Below the pieces are notes generated by a model. The model searched no databases, had not been told where the DNA came from, and was given only the letters and a program-made list of their open reading frames with translations. Position numbers and translations under genes: made by a program. This document shows positions 28,606 through 40,108 of a DNA stretch of 64,000 nucleotides, one piece after another. Positions within the stretch are counted from its first letter, which is position 1. The number at the start of each line of letters is the position of its first letter. The DNA is from the human T2T-CHM13v2.0 reference genome, Homo sapiens: the NCBI RefSeq assembly GCF_009914755.1, contig NC_060934.1. The stretch is one strand, 5' to 3'.

Positions 28606-28833
28606 ATAAAATGGAAATCACACTAAACATACATTTGTATTTTATAATTTTTAATATTTCATGAGCATTTTCTCATTGTCTAAAATATTTTTATGTATTA
28701 TATTTTTTGATTTCTTTATACATCAACTATGGGTGTACTATAATTATTTGATTATTTCTTTTCCTTATGAGCTTGGATTGTTTCAAATTTTTTTATTATT
28801 ATGAAAACTGATGAGAAGAACTTCCTGGTGCCC

Positions 28834-29413
28834 TTTTTTTTAGAAAAAAAATTGTTGAGATATAAGTCACATACCATGTAATTCACTCATTTAAAGTGTA
28901 CAGTTTAACATTTTAAAAATAATTCAGTGTTGTACAACCCTCACCACAATCTAATTTTAGAATATTTTTGTTCTGCTAAAATAAACATCATACCCATTAG
29001 CAATGAATCTGCATCTTCCCAACTTTCCTACTCCAAACTTAAGCAACCCTACTCTACTTTTAGCTTTACAAATTTGCCTATTCTGGATTTATATAAACAA
29101 AGTCATAGGATGTGGTCTTTTGTGCCTGGCTTCTTTCACTTAGCGCAGTGTTTTCAAGGGTCATCCATGTTGCAGCAAATATCACTACTTCATACCTTTT
29201 TACAGCAGAATAATATTCTACTATATGGATAGATCATATTTTATTTTTTCAATAGTGGTGAATATTGGGGTCTTTTCACTTTTCAGTTAGTATAAATAGT
29301 ACTGCTATAAACACATACAATTTTTCTGTGTGGACACATGTTTTCATTTTCTTGGGCTTACACCAAGAGTGGAATTGCTGGGTCATACGGTAACCCTATG
29401 TGTAACTTTTTAA
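28834..29413 (-). mobile_element. L1MB-type 3' fragment inserted into an older L1ME
   Basis: gagatataagtcacatacc...cctggcttctttcacttagc...gagtggaattgctgggtcatacggtaac; TSD cctggtgccc (28824-28833 / 29414-29423). Confidence 0.82.
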
Positions 29414-29689
29414 CCTGGTGCCCATTTCTGATTATTTCTTGAAGACACTGTCCTAGAAATGAAAATAATTGGTCAAAGCCCATAGTCACCTTTATGGTTT
29501 CTGATTCATATTGCCAAATTACACATCTAAAAATTGTGCCAACTTCTGCTCTCACTGTCGTGCAGGACAATGCTTTCATGGTACAATTATGAACTCCAGA
29601 AGGTCTCCATGATCTGATCCTCTGTCATCTGATCTCAGTTTGGGTCCACGGGACTCACGAGGCAGCCCCCTCCTTTTCTAGATCAGGCT

Positions 29690-29860
29690 TTGTGAAGCAG
29701 CCAGAAGACCTGGTTCTCCCAAGCCTGCTACTTGCTGGCCATGTAACCTTGAGCAAGTTATTTCCTCCTCTGCAAAAGGAAGACAATACCCTCCTGCCTA
29801 CTTCACTCAGACGTTCTGAAGATCGATGTAGCAATGTGGTGTAGACATGCTTTTGTAACG
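29690..29860 (+). mobile_element. MIR
   Basis: ctacttgctggccatgtaaccttgagcaagttatttcctcctctgcaaaa. Confidence 0.6.
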
Positions 29861-30764
29861 TGGACACACCCAGACAGGAATAAGTCTTGTCCAGGGAATA
29901 TTTTTTGACAAACACTGCTTAACTGGTTTGTCCTCTGAGTGTCACAACTTTTGGCAGAACTTGGTAGTTGGAGGTCAGTGGTTGGCTGGTTCAGGTATAT
30001 CTACTTTCACAGAACTTGAGAACAAACAAATTTTTTTCTCATATGAATTTGACTGCACTGCATGATTTTGATGTGTTATTTATTAAACTGAACAACACAC
30101 ACACACCCACGTACATGTGCACACACACTACCACCAGTGGCCAAGTCAAGGAGGGACAAAGAAGGTGAAGGTGCCCTTGAATCTATTCTTCAACAGTGAA
30201 GTTTTTGTTCTTACTGATAAAAGTTCTTCCTTCCATTGAAATGAAACTCTCCCCCCACAGAAATTCTCATCAGTAGTCTTTGCTTGGCCCTCAGTCCTGT
30301 GGCCATGCCCCATTGCAAAGTTTTTCTCTAAGACTCTTCCCACAAGCCCAGTGCCTTCCTCTGCAACCAGGAGGACAGTGAGGTCCCCCTGGCCAGCTGA
30401 TGGCCCCACACCGAGCCCAAGGTGACCTGTGCCTGTTCCCTGGTCAGCATGCTGGCATCTGTACTACTGGGCATTTTTCCATTGGTTCATGGGAGGTCCT
30501 GCCTAACTGTGGGATGATGAGAAGACAGAAGAGGCCACTATGACCAGAGGTGGGCCAGTGACCTGGAATCAGGGCTGGCTGTGGCCTCACTGGGTGCTGA
30601 TGAGCATCTGGCCTGGGGCCTGGGAATGAGATCCCACCAGATGGTCCCCAAGGAGCTGTGTGTGTCCAGTGGAGAAGGCCTGTATCTTACTCAACTTTCT
30701 TTGCTAGACCCAGAAGGTTTATTTGAGAGGGGAAGATATTTAATTAAGTAAGATTAGCTGCTAG

Positions 30765-30975
30765 GTAGTAACTGCCTCCTATGTTCCAGCACTGTACATA
30801 GGTCATCTTTAATCCTCACAGCAATCTCCCAAGTAGGCATCACCACCCATTTCTCAGATAAAGAAACTGAGACTCTGCGAGGTTAAGTCACTTGCCTGAG
30901 CCCATAAAGCTAGGGCCAGCAGAGCAGCCTTTGCAGCCAGGTCTCACAGACTCCAAAGCCCACACTTTCCTCATT
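30765..30975 (-). mobile_element. MIR
   Basis: ttaatcctcacagcaatc...cccatttctcagataaagaaactgagactctgcgaggttaagtcacttgcc. Confidence 0.75.
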
Positions 30976-32834
30976 TCATGATCACACTGTCTGTGAGCTG
31001 GAGCCCCACACCCAGGGCTGCCCTAGCCCGCTGTGCAAAGGGTCAGCCCAGCAAGAATGGAGGTTCCCGGAGCCAGCAAGGACCCTGCCCAGGGCTGGGT
31101 TCAAAGCACCAGCTTTAACAGCTGTCGGAGGGAAAGCAGTGAGCAAATGTGCTCAGTGTCTCAGTCCCAAAAAGTTGGATATGGCCGCGCCCACCTGAGC
31201 CGGAGTCCCTCTCCCAGTCCCTGGGTGGCTTGGGCCTTCTTGTGTTTGTTCTGGCTTCTCGCCTTCTCCCCTCTTCCCCTGCAAAGCCCTTTGTGTAATG
31301 GGTTTTCCCTTCCAACTCAATCTCAAGAATTGTTTAGCCAAGGAGGGCCCTTGAGTCTCTCCCTGGGTGTTTGTTTTTGTTGAGAGGAAGCGCTAGTTAT
31401 GAGTCAGTCCACCAGCAGCATATCCGAGAGCAGGCCCAACGCGGTGGGGCGCGTGCTCTGCTGATCCGCAGCCATCCGGGTTCAGCCCAGCCTGGCCAGC
31501 AGCTGCGGGTCACCAGCCAGAGCCATCACAGGGCGGGTTGTTAGGAGCAGTGTGTGGCAGGCATGACCCTCCTGGTGGGGGACAGAGGGGACGGTCCCCA
31601 GGGAAGGGAGCCACAAGGCAGACCACAAGCTGGACAGAAGTCAGGAACGCAGGCTGAGGAAAACCATTGCAGTTCTGTTCTAGGAGCCCAGAATGCCAGA
31701 GCCAAGGACACCCTCCTGAAAGACAGTGCAGCCAACAGAGGCATGGCCCCACCTGGGCAGGAGGGTGCCGGCCGGCTGAAGGTACCAGTGGGCTGATCTA
31801 CCTGAGGGACTTGGCAAGGCTAGAGGAGTCAAGGCCAACCTGCAGCTCTGGGCGTCCTAGAGCACATGCCAAAGGCTGTCCAACCATTCGGAAGACCAAG
31901 CAGCACAGCGTTGTCACCACACACAAAGTCACAGAAGCCTCCCTCTCCAGGTGTGTGATGACCATGAGGACTGGCCCTGGTTCTTCCTGCGGGCCTCACC
32001 TGTGTAAAGAATGTCTGTCTTCTATCTACCACCCTCCCAAGGATGCAGTTGAAGGAAAAAGAAGCATAAGACAGATTTTCTGCCCTCCAGAGATGTGGAC
32101 TAAAAATCGGAATGAAAACATGGATGCACAAAACAGACAACAAGGCAACGCTTTCCATTGTTAACGGTGTGAGTTACAGAGCAGCAGTGTGGGTCAGCGC
32201 CTGCTCAGCCAGAGCTGAGTCTTCTCCTGCACTTCAGCACCAGCCCTGCCCACACAAAGTCCTGGGCATCGCACTGCACCAGGAGCTCTGACATGAACAA
32301 TGCCCAGTGATATTTCACAATCACCCCGCCCTTTTATGTTTTGTCTGTCCTTCTGGGCAGGTGCGGGCTGGGCACTGCCCTGCCTGCTTTTAACAGATAA
32401 AGAAATGAGCCCAAAGGAAGAAAAGCTCATAAATGTTCACAACGTCACCTGCTGAGTCAAGGCACAAACATCTGACATTCTCCCCTCTCTGGCTGCCAAA
32501 GGAGAGAACTGGGCCTGGCTGGTTAGTTCCACCCCATGAGAGCCCCCCAGAAATGCCCACCTAAAAGACTGGTTCCCCTGCCCATGAGCCTGCCCCCACC
32601 TAGCCCAGCCACCTAAGAACACACAGGCTTTCTCCAGCAGCCAGTGTGTCTGGGAGGAGGAGACCTTTTCTTTTTGGCCCACTTGCTGGTTTCTCTCAGC
32701 ACAGCTGGGCTCAGTGACACTGGATTTTGGGCATTACAAGCACGAGTCTTAGAAGCAAAGGCATAATTGCCCCCCACAGGCATTGTTCCATCTGCTGGAA
32801 GAATGAATCAATAATATTGTATTAACCCCAGAAG

Positions 32835-32905
32835 CAGGGCTGCCATGTTCAGTCTGACAGGTTGCACACTGCACAACTGCAGGGGGGCACCAGCCACATA
32901 GTGAC
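32835..32905 (+). mobile_element. MER91-like hAT fragment
   Basis: cagggctgccat...caggttgcacactgcacaactgcaggggggcacc. Confidence 0.6.
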
Positions 32906-34590
32906 CTGCCTGGAAGAATTTATAATTTAATGAGGACAAACAAATCTTAGCATAGATCTCACTGTACTAGAGACAAAAGGGTTAGAATCAAGCAGACTTT
33001 TCCACAGCTAGCACTAGGGATGACAGTAAATGACAACAGGCTGGGTACGAGGGGCTTGGTCCCAAGCCCAGCTCAGACAGCAACTAACTGACCTTTGGCA
33101 AGAGCCTCGGTCACATCACTTCCAACAAGAAAAAGCACAGGAAAGCCCTGCGGGAGCGTCTAACTTAAGTACTAGGTAGCATCATTTTAAAAGTGAAACT
33201 CTGGCTGGACTAACAGCCCTTAGCCGTTCCTTCTGGCTGGGCCGTGGTGCAATTTTTTGATATAACAGGTGGGATCACCAGGGGCAGAGGACTCAGAGAT
33301 GGGGGAGAGCAGGAAGAGTGAGCTGGGTGAGCCCTGCCCAAACACTCCAAGAACACGGAAGCAAACACACGCCCTTCGACCACTTCGCTTATTTTTTTCA
33401 CCCCCTCTCAGGCCGGAACAAAGAGCCTTTTTGTGAGTTTAATGGTGTCTGACTTACTCAGCAAACTTTTCTGTCTCCTTTGCTGTGAGGAAAAAAACAA
33501 AGCTCTCTGTCCGGTTTGTTAGGTTCCTTTGAAGAGCTTGCTGCTTGGGTTTAGGCAAACAGGAACCCAGCTGGCACCGCCCTGGTCAGGGCGCTTTCTG
33601 GGAGACTTTCCCCAGGCCTCGTCTGGATCCGGGCTGAAGAGGGGGTGGAGAGAGGTGGGCACAGAACAAAGGGTGAGGGCACCTAGCAACCTTCCAGGAC
33701 AGGTGTTACAGCTGATGCTCCTGAGCAAGCTCTACCTAAAGGAGTTCATTGAATCCTCACCACCCCTCTGAGGGAAAGGACCATGTCCCCACTGCCTGGA
33801 TCAGGAAACGCAGACTGGCCGAGGTCAAGGACTTTGCCAGCGGTCACACAGACAGGGAGTCCACCCCCAACACCTTTACTCTTTCCACTCACTGAGTCCA
33901 CCCCCACCCCAGAGATCCCCCAGCCTTCGCTCATCCTTTCCTCATCCTCCCAGAACCCAGGATCTGCAGAGCAGGAAGTTCAATAGCCAGGCCTGATGTC
34001 GTTAGTCAGTCCTGGGGACAGGCATCCTTTCCTGTCCCCTGTGAGTTCAAATTCCAACTCAAGCAACATACAAACGCCAAACTCAGCTCACACCTCCGGC
34101 TCTGAGCTGCAGGGTCCACTTGTGGGGAAGGGGAGACAGCCCAGCTCCCTCCCTCCCTCTCCCTTATCCACACACATACACACACTTGCACACACACAAA
34201 GACACACATGCACATGCATGCACACACACACTCGTGCGCACACACACGCCTCCTGGCATGCCACAGGGAGATAACGCACACAGCCACCTCCCAGTGACCA
34301 CAGAGCTCTATCTCAGGGTGACGTCACCTCATGCACAGCTCCCAGTTCACTCTAAGTGATTCATCGAGGGCGTAAACTCTGAGGGTGATGGGGGCATCAG
34401 GTTACAGAGATGAAGTCAGTTTAGTGCCATTTCCTATCCATGGGCTCCCCAGAAGTAAGAGAGAAAGGAAGGAAGGCCTTTTAAAAGTCCACATTGGAGC
34501 CAGTGACTTGTGGCTTTCCCTTGCAGAAAAGAAACTTTGGCAACAGCTAGTAGTCATCTTCTCCTGAGCCCGCCAATCTCACAGCCCCCT

Positions 34591-34591
<1 letters not shown>

Positions 34592-34634
<43 letters not shown>
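34592..34634. repeat. (CA)n microsatellite
   Basis: About 21 perfect units; a degenerate CA-rich tract also lies at 34168-34248. Confidence 0.97.
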
Positions 34635-34638
<4 letters not shown>

Positions 34639-34830
34639 CTGCAGCTGCAGCACTGCCTAGCTGGCCCCCAAACACTGTAGCGCTGAACAGACCAAAGATG
34701 GAGACACTAACTGTGATCATCATAACCAGTGTGCACTGAACACTCAGCACGTGCCAGGCTATGCTAAGCCCTTTCCATGTGAAAAAGAAATTTCCACTTG
34801 ATTCCCACGACAACTCAACAAGGTAGGAAC

Positions 34831-35252
34831 TGTTAAAAGAAAACTTTAGACGAATTAAATTTAAATTAATCTAGCAATCAATTGAGTTTCATTTGAAATG
34901 AATTGAGTTTAATTAAGCAAAGGATTCATGAAGTGGGCAGCCCTCAGACCAGAAGAGGTTCCAAGGGCTGAGCTCCACTCCACAGTGTGGGCAGGGAGTG
35001 TTTATAGACAGAAAATGGAAGTGAGCTGCAGAGACAGCTCATTGGTCACAGCTTGGTTTGCCGTGTTTGAACATGGACTACTCAGCAGCCACCTGCGATT
35101 TATAGAAGCTCAGCTGCTGTGATTGGCTAAGACTCGGCTATTTCTTACAAAAGTACACTCCTAAGCTAGGCCTGCAGTTCATTTGCTGCTAAGGTCGCAG
35201 TTGGACTCAAAGTGCAGAGGCATCCTCAGACCAAATTTGGTTTAATTTAACC
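34831..35252 (-). mobile_element. MER57 solo LTR (ERV1) splitting a MIR (34715-34830 and 35253-35400)
   Basis: tgttaaaagaaaactttagacgaattaaatttaa...gggcagccctcagaccagaa...tgattggctaagactcggcta...tttaatttaac; MIR halves caactcaacaaggtagg | attattcccatttttcagatgaggaaa. Confidence 0.82.
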
Positions 35253-35692
35253 CTACCATTATTCCCATTTTTCAGATGAGGAAAGTAAGGCTCAGAGCTC
35301 GGGTAACGCCTCCAAACTCCCACATCTAGTGAGTGGCAGAAGAGCCGTGGCCAAAACCTGCGCTTTCTGGCTGGAAAGCCCAAGCTCTTCCCCGCTCCAG
35401 CGTGGAGCTTCTCTGCCATTTGAACCACCTGTGCTCAGATGACTCTCAGCCCTATCCTGCTCTGCTTGGCCGGGCCCAGAGCCCATCCCATTCCATCTCC
35501 TCCATCCCCGCTTCCTTCCATGTTGTCCCCTGCAGCTTCTTGTCTGCACCACACTGTGGAGTCCAGCAAGGTGACTCAGGGAAGGGACAGGAGATGCAGC
35601 TACCTCCTGGTTCCTGGAAGCTTCTGACATCCCAGGTGGCCTCTGAAGATCTGCAGAATAGGGTGGGTGTGGGAGCCCAGGTGGAGAGAGGC

Positions 35693-36157
35693 TGTGGTCA
35701 GCTGCATAGTATCACCCCCAAAGATGCCCTCCTCCTGATCCCTGGAGCTTGGGAACACGTGACCTCCCTTTGTGGGGGTGATTGGGTTATGAACCTGGAT
35801 CTGGAGAGATGACCCTGGATTATTGGGTGCACCAGGAGTCATCCCAGAAGCGCCTTATAAGAGGCAGGCAGGACTCAGCGCTGATGGTAAGAGTCAGTGG
35901 AGAAAGAAGTACCTTATAAGAGGCAGGCAGGACTCAGCGCTGATGGTAGGAGTCAGTGGAGAAAGAAGCAATGCCAGGAAGGGGCCTCAAGAAGCCAAAG
36001 AGGCAGAAAGATTCTCCCCTGAAGGGTCCGGAAGGAACCAGCCCTTCCAGCACCTTGGTTTGGACTTCCGACCTGCAGGCTGCGGGAGCGACATTTGCGT
36101 GGTTTAAACCACTGTGTTTGTGGCAATTTGTTGCAGCCACCCCAGGAAACTAGTCCA
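35693..36157 (+). mobile_element. MLT1D-like MaLR LTR
   Basis: cccccaaagatgccctcctcctgatccctgga...gattctcccctg...tttaaaccactgtgtttgtggcaatttgttgcagc...ggaaacta. Confidence 0.75.
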
Positions 36158-36189
36158 GAGAGCACACCAGAACCTCGGGGACTTATTGG

Positions 36190-36508
36190 CGACTATGCTA
36201 GGCGGCTGGGGCGGCCTCAGCAAAATGCCCCAGGCTGCCGGCTTGACCAACAGAGACAGATGCACTCACAGTTACCAGCACTGGCAGGGCTGCTTCCTCC
36301 AAGGCCTCTGCCCTCAGCTTGCAGATGGCCGCCCCTTTGCTGCCTCCTTGCACGGCCAGTCCTCCAAGCCACCTGCCCCTGGAGTCACCCTCTGGGAGTC
36401 CTAATGTCTTCCTGTAAGGACACCCATCAGACTGGCTCAGGGCCCACTCACATGACCTCATTTTAACTTAATTACCTCGGCAAAGACCCTCTTTCCAAAC
36501 ACAGTCAC
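36190..36508 (-). mobile_element. MLT1A-C-like MaLR LTR, tail-to-tail with the previous LTR
   Basis: taaggacacccatcagactggctcagggcccac...atgacctcattttaacttaattacctc...ttccaaacacagtcaca. Confidence 0.75.
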
Positions 36509-36561
36509 AAACCAGGTGGAACTGGTTTGGGCTTGCCTGGAGAACTGGTTGGGGCAGGCCA
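36509..36561. promoter_or_regulatory. Candidate p63/p53 response element with overlapping GRHL motifs
   Basis: GAACTGGTTT+GGGCTTGCCT (36519-36538) matches RRRCWWGYYY x2 at 19/20 with no spacer; AACTGGTT at 36520 and 36543. Motif evidence only. Confidence 0.5.
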
Positions 36562-39500
36562 GATGAGAGGTGAAGGAGGGCAGGAGGGTCCCTGAGAGAT
36601 GGCTCAGCCTAGGAGCAGAAGGACCAGGTCTGAGTGAATCTGTCAGGCCTGGGGTGACTCACCACACTTCTCTTCCAGGCCAGACCTCCGCCGCCGGCCT
36701 CATCTCTTAGGCCTAGTGGGGCCTCCAGAAGACAGAACCCCACAGCCTCATCTCTTAGGCCTAGTGGGGTCCCCAGAAGACAGGGGCTGACAGGTGGTCC
36801 TGCCTTACAGCAGAGGGGACCAGAAGGCCGCTGTGCAAGGGGCTCAGTGATTTTAACCTAAGCCCGTGTGCTTCACTGCTGGGAATCTGTAAATGACGGC
36901 TGGGGGGGGTCTGTGCAGGGACATTAGCAACAGAGACAGGGGCCAAGGAGATGTGGGTACATGCACCTGTCAGGGTCACCCAGGACTCCAGAGCCTGAAG
37001 GTCCCCAGCACCACCCAGGCTCTCTAAGGTGCACCTGGCCCAGCTCACATTCCCAAGCCAGCCAAGTGACTCAGAACGCCACCCCCCACCACAGCCTCCC
37101 CTCGTTGACCACAGCCTCCCCTCGTTGACCACAGCCTCCTGTCTCCACATGACATCGAAACTGTCTCTTCTCTCCCGGACAGGAGGGGAGGAATCTGCAC
37201 AGACAAGGGCCAGGGTTCAGACAGAAGACAACGCCCACACCAGCCACTTGGATCCGGAAGATTCCTGTACACACTTGCATGGGTGTAAAATTACTAACCT
37301 GGTGGCTAAAGAGGTAAACAGGAGCTCCGAGGTGTCACCCCTGAGGCTGAGGAGGCAAAGGGAAAAGGTTGGGATTCTTCAAACGTGGAAACTTGGAGGT
37401 AGGGGCTGTGGGCCTGGGCCCCTAACCTTGAAGGAAGGGGTTCCAGCTGTAAAGTGTCTGAAGTGGGTGCAAGGAAGTTGCATTTGCAAGTGCTGGAGAA
37501 GCTGCAAAAAGAGTCAGCCTCTGCCACTGAAAGAAGCCGCTGCTGCGGGGGCGGGGGGTGCCCACAGGGAAGAAACAAACTCTAGGGTGTGGGTTTCTGC
37601 TCAGGCTGGGCAAGTATCTTTATGAAAGGGACCTGCATAAAGCATCCATAAAAGCTGCCCCTTTGCAGCCTCTAAGCCAGCAGGTTCCCCATGCCTCACC
37701 CCTCTTTCCTGAACTCCTCTTCACCCCAATCCCCATTCCTAGCACCCCCTAAGGACAGGCTGTGCCCTGACAACCGTCCATCTCTACCCAGCTGAGACCT
37801 CTGTCCAGGGCGATGGTTGCAGGACCATGCAGACACGGAAGTTTGCTGAGATCCCACTCCAACTGCCTGCTCTCAGATTCTGAGTATTTCTCTAGCCCCC
37901 TCATAAAAACACAGGTCACTTTCACACTGAAAGTAAAAGATCCCTCCTTAAGTCCTTCATCCTGCATCTCCGCCACCCGCCAGGCCCTGCCCTGGCAAAA
38001 AGTCTCACAGCCTTTTAAGGTGACCCGAGGACCCAACTCTGTCTCTTTCTCTCCTCTCTGTGCTTCAGCTTGTTTCCTGGCCACCAGCAAGGTCCCTCTT
38101 TGGTCTGGGAGGTAGGTGTCTGCAGGACACTGGGAGGATTTAAATACAATGATCAGTGTGGGGCCCCGAGAGGGCCTGAGACAGGATTTCCACTGATTGC
38201 CAACGTTCAATACGGACCCCTAGGAGACAAGCAGGAACTCCTGTTCTTATCCACACCTCTGCAGAACGGCGGAGACCACTCAGCCATGAGAGTGGCCTCT
38301 ACCATTTCAGAGAGTAGCCGAGGAGGGAGCCATCCTCAGCCACTGCTGTGTGGTCGGTGGGCCTGGTTTCCACACGTCACAGAGCCTGGCACCAGACCGG
38401 CTAAGCATGGGCCTTCATGGCACAGGCCCAGGAAGCTTCGAGTCCCAAGATTTAATTTTGTTTTCTGGGCCTTTTGAAAGAAAACGTTGTCATCAATGAT
38501 TGCTCTCTAGCACGTGTCTGAAGAGCGGCCACCAAAAGGAGCCACTGCTGCAGGGGTGTCCACGCGCGCAGGGAAAGAACGGACTCCAGGGGCTGGGTTT
38601 GCTCTTGGAGAATGAGGTCGTCAAAACCTCACTTCGTGGGGAAGTCTGGAAAAGACAGTTTCCTGCTTTGTTCATCGTGGGCAGCAGGAAACGGTGCAGC
38701 CTCCAGTGAGAATGATTCCAGGAGGGTGTAATGGGGCGAGGTATGAAGGGGTAGGCAGTGTGGGGAACCACCCACCCGGGCCATGTAGCTGGCACCGTGG
38801 TAATTTAAGAGACCTGGAGAGATAGGGGAGGGATGGTCAGGGGACTTGGAAAAGGAGGAAAGAGGTGGGGAGGAGCCCAGCGGGAAGGAGATGCCTCATC
38901 ACACCCTCCTCCCTCCCAGCCCCACAGGCTCCCACTGGCTGAGCCAGCCAGAGCCAGAGAGCACAAGGTCCCCCACGATGGCCCCCGCCGGTCAGTGTCC
39001 TGGGGGAGGAGGGGGTGCACCTGGAGGGGCAACTGGAAGGCACCCAGGACCCCCCAGAACCCCTTGGGCAGCCCCAGCTTGAACTGCAGGGAATCTGCCA
39101 TTCAAGATGGCTGCTAGAAAATGGCGATTCTACCTCCCAGGTGACTCCAAGGGCTCTTACCCAGAGTCCTGAATAGCCACAGCCCAGCCCAGGAGTCCTA
39201 AAAGGAATTCTAGAGTGACCCGGCTGGTTGTAAGGGCCTGAGAATGATCTGTGCCGTTCGGCAGAGACCCAAGTGCTCTCGGAGTGACCCAAACCTCAGG
39301 GCTGAGAACAGCTCGAGGTTCACCTGGACTTACCCCTGCTCCCCCACAGATCCTCGGTGCACCCTGGGATTTCCACAGCCACGTGGATTTTAAGCCAAAT
39401 CCAGGATGATCCCATGACACACAGGTCTCAGCTCCCCATGGGGCATTTCTCTCCAAGACCACCTTCCTCCCCAGCTCACCGTCCACGTCTACAGAGCCAT

Positions 39501-40035
39501 GCACCTCCGTGGCAGAGCTGAGTGCACGTGGCACAGAGTCAGGGCTGACATTGAGCAGGGCACCCTTGGTCTCCCCCAAGACCCATCAGAGTGTGCCTGG
39601 CACTGCCTTTCAATAAAAAGCCCAGGGTCTGAGCAGGGTGGGGCGTCTCCCCTCCCCCAGCCAGGATGAAGGTCAGAGCTGAATTTGCTCAGTTCAAAAC
39701 CAAAAACAGTCCTGAAGGAAAATGTGTTGAGCTTGGCTGTAAGCCAGGTCGTTAAACATGGATTCTGATCACAGATCGTTTCTGCTAATTAAACAAATAT
39801 TTTTGCAGAGCTGTCTCGGTTTCCGCTGTTGCCGTTGGCCTAAGTTGCTGGCAAACCATTGGAGCCATGCCCCGAAAGTCAGCTCAGATCAGAGGAGAAC
39901 ACACAGAACTTTTGAAGGAACAGCTAAGACAGGTCTTCCAAACAGAGAGCTCTGTTCAGAGAGAAGGAACAGGCAAGAAAACACCGACACCTCCAGCCCT
40001 TACAGTCACCAAGCTGTACTTTCAGATTCCTGCTG

Positions 40036-40038
<3 letters not shown>

Positions 40039-40086
<48 letters not shown>

Positions 40087-40108
40087 CTCTCTCTCTCTCT
40101 CTCTCTCT
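40039..40108. repeat. Compound (CA)n(CT)n microsatellite
   Basis: Seen directly; a (GT)n run follows at 40227-40251. Confidence 0.97.
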
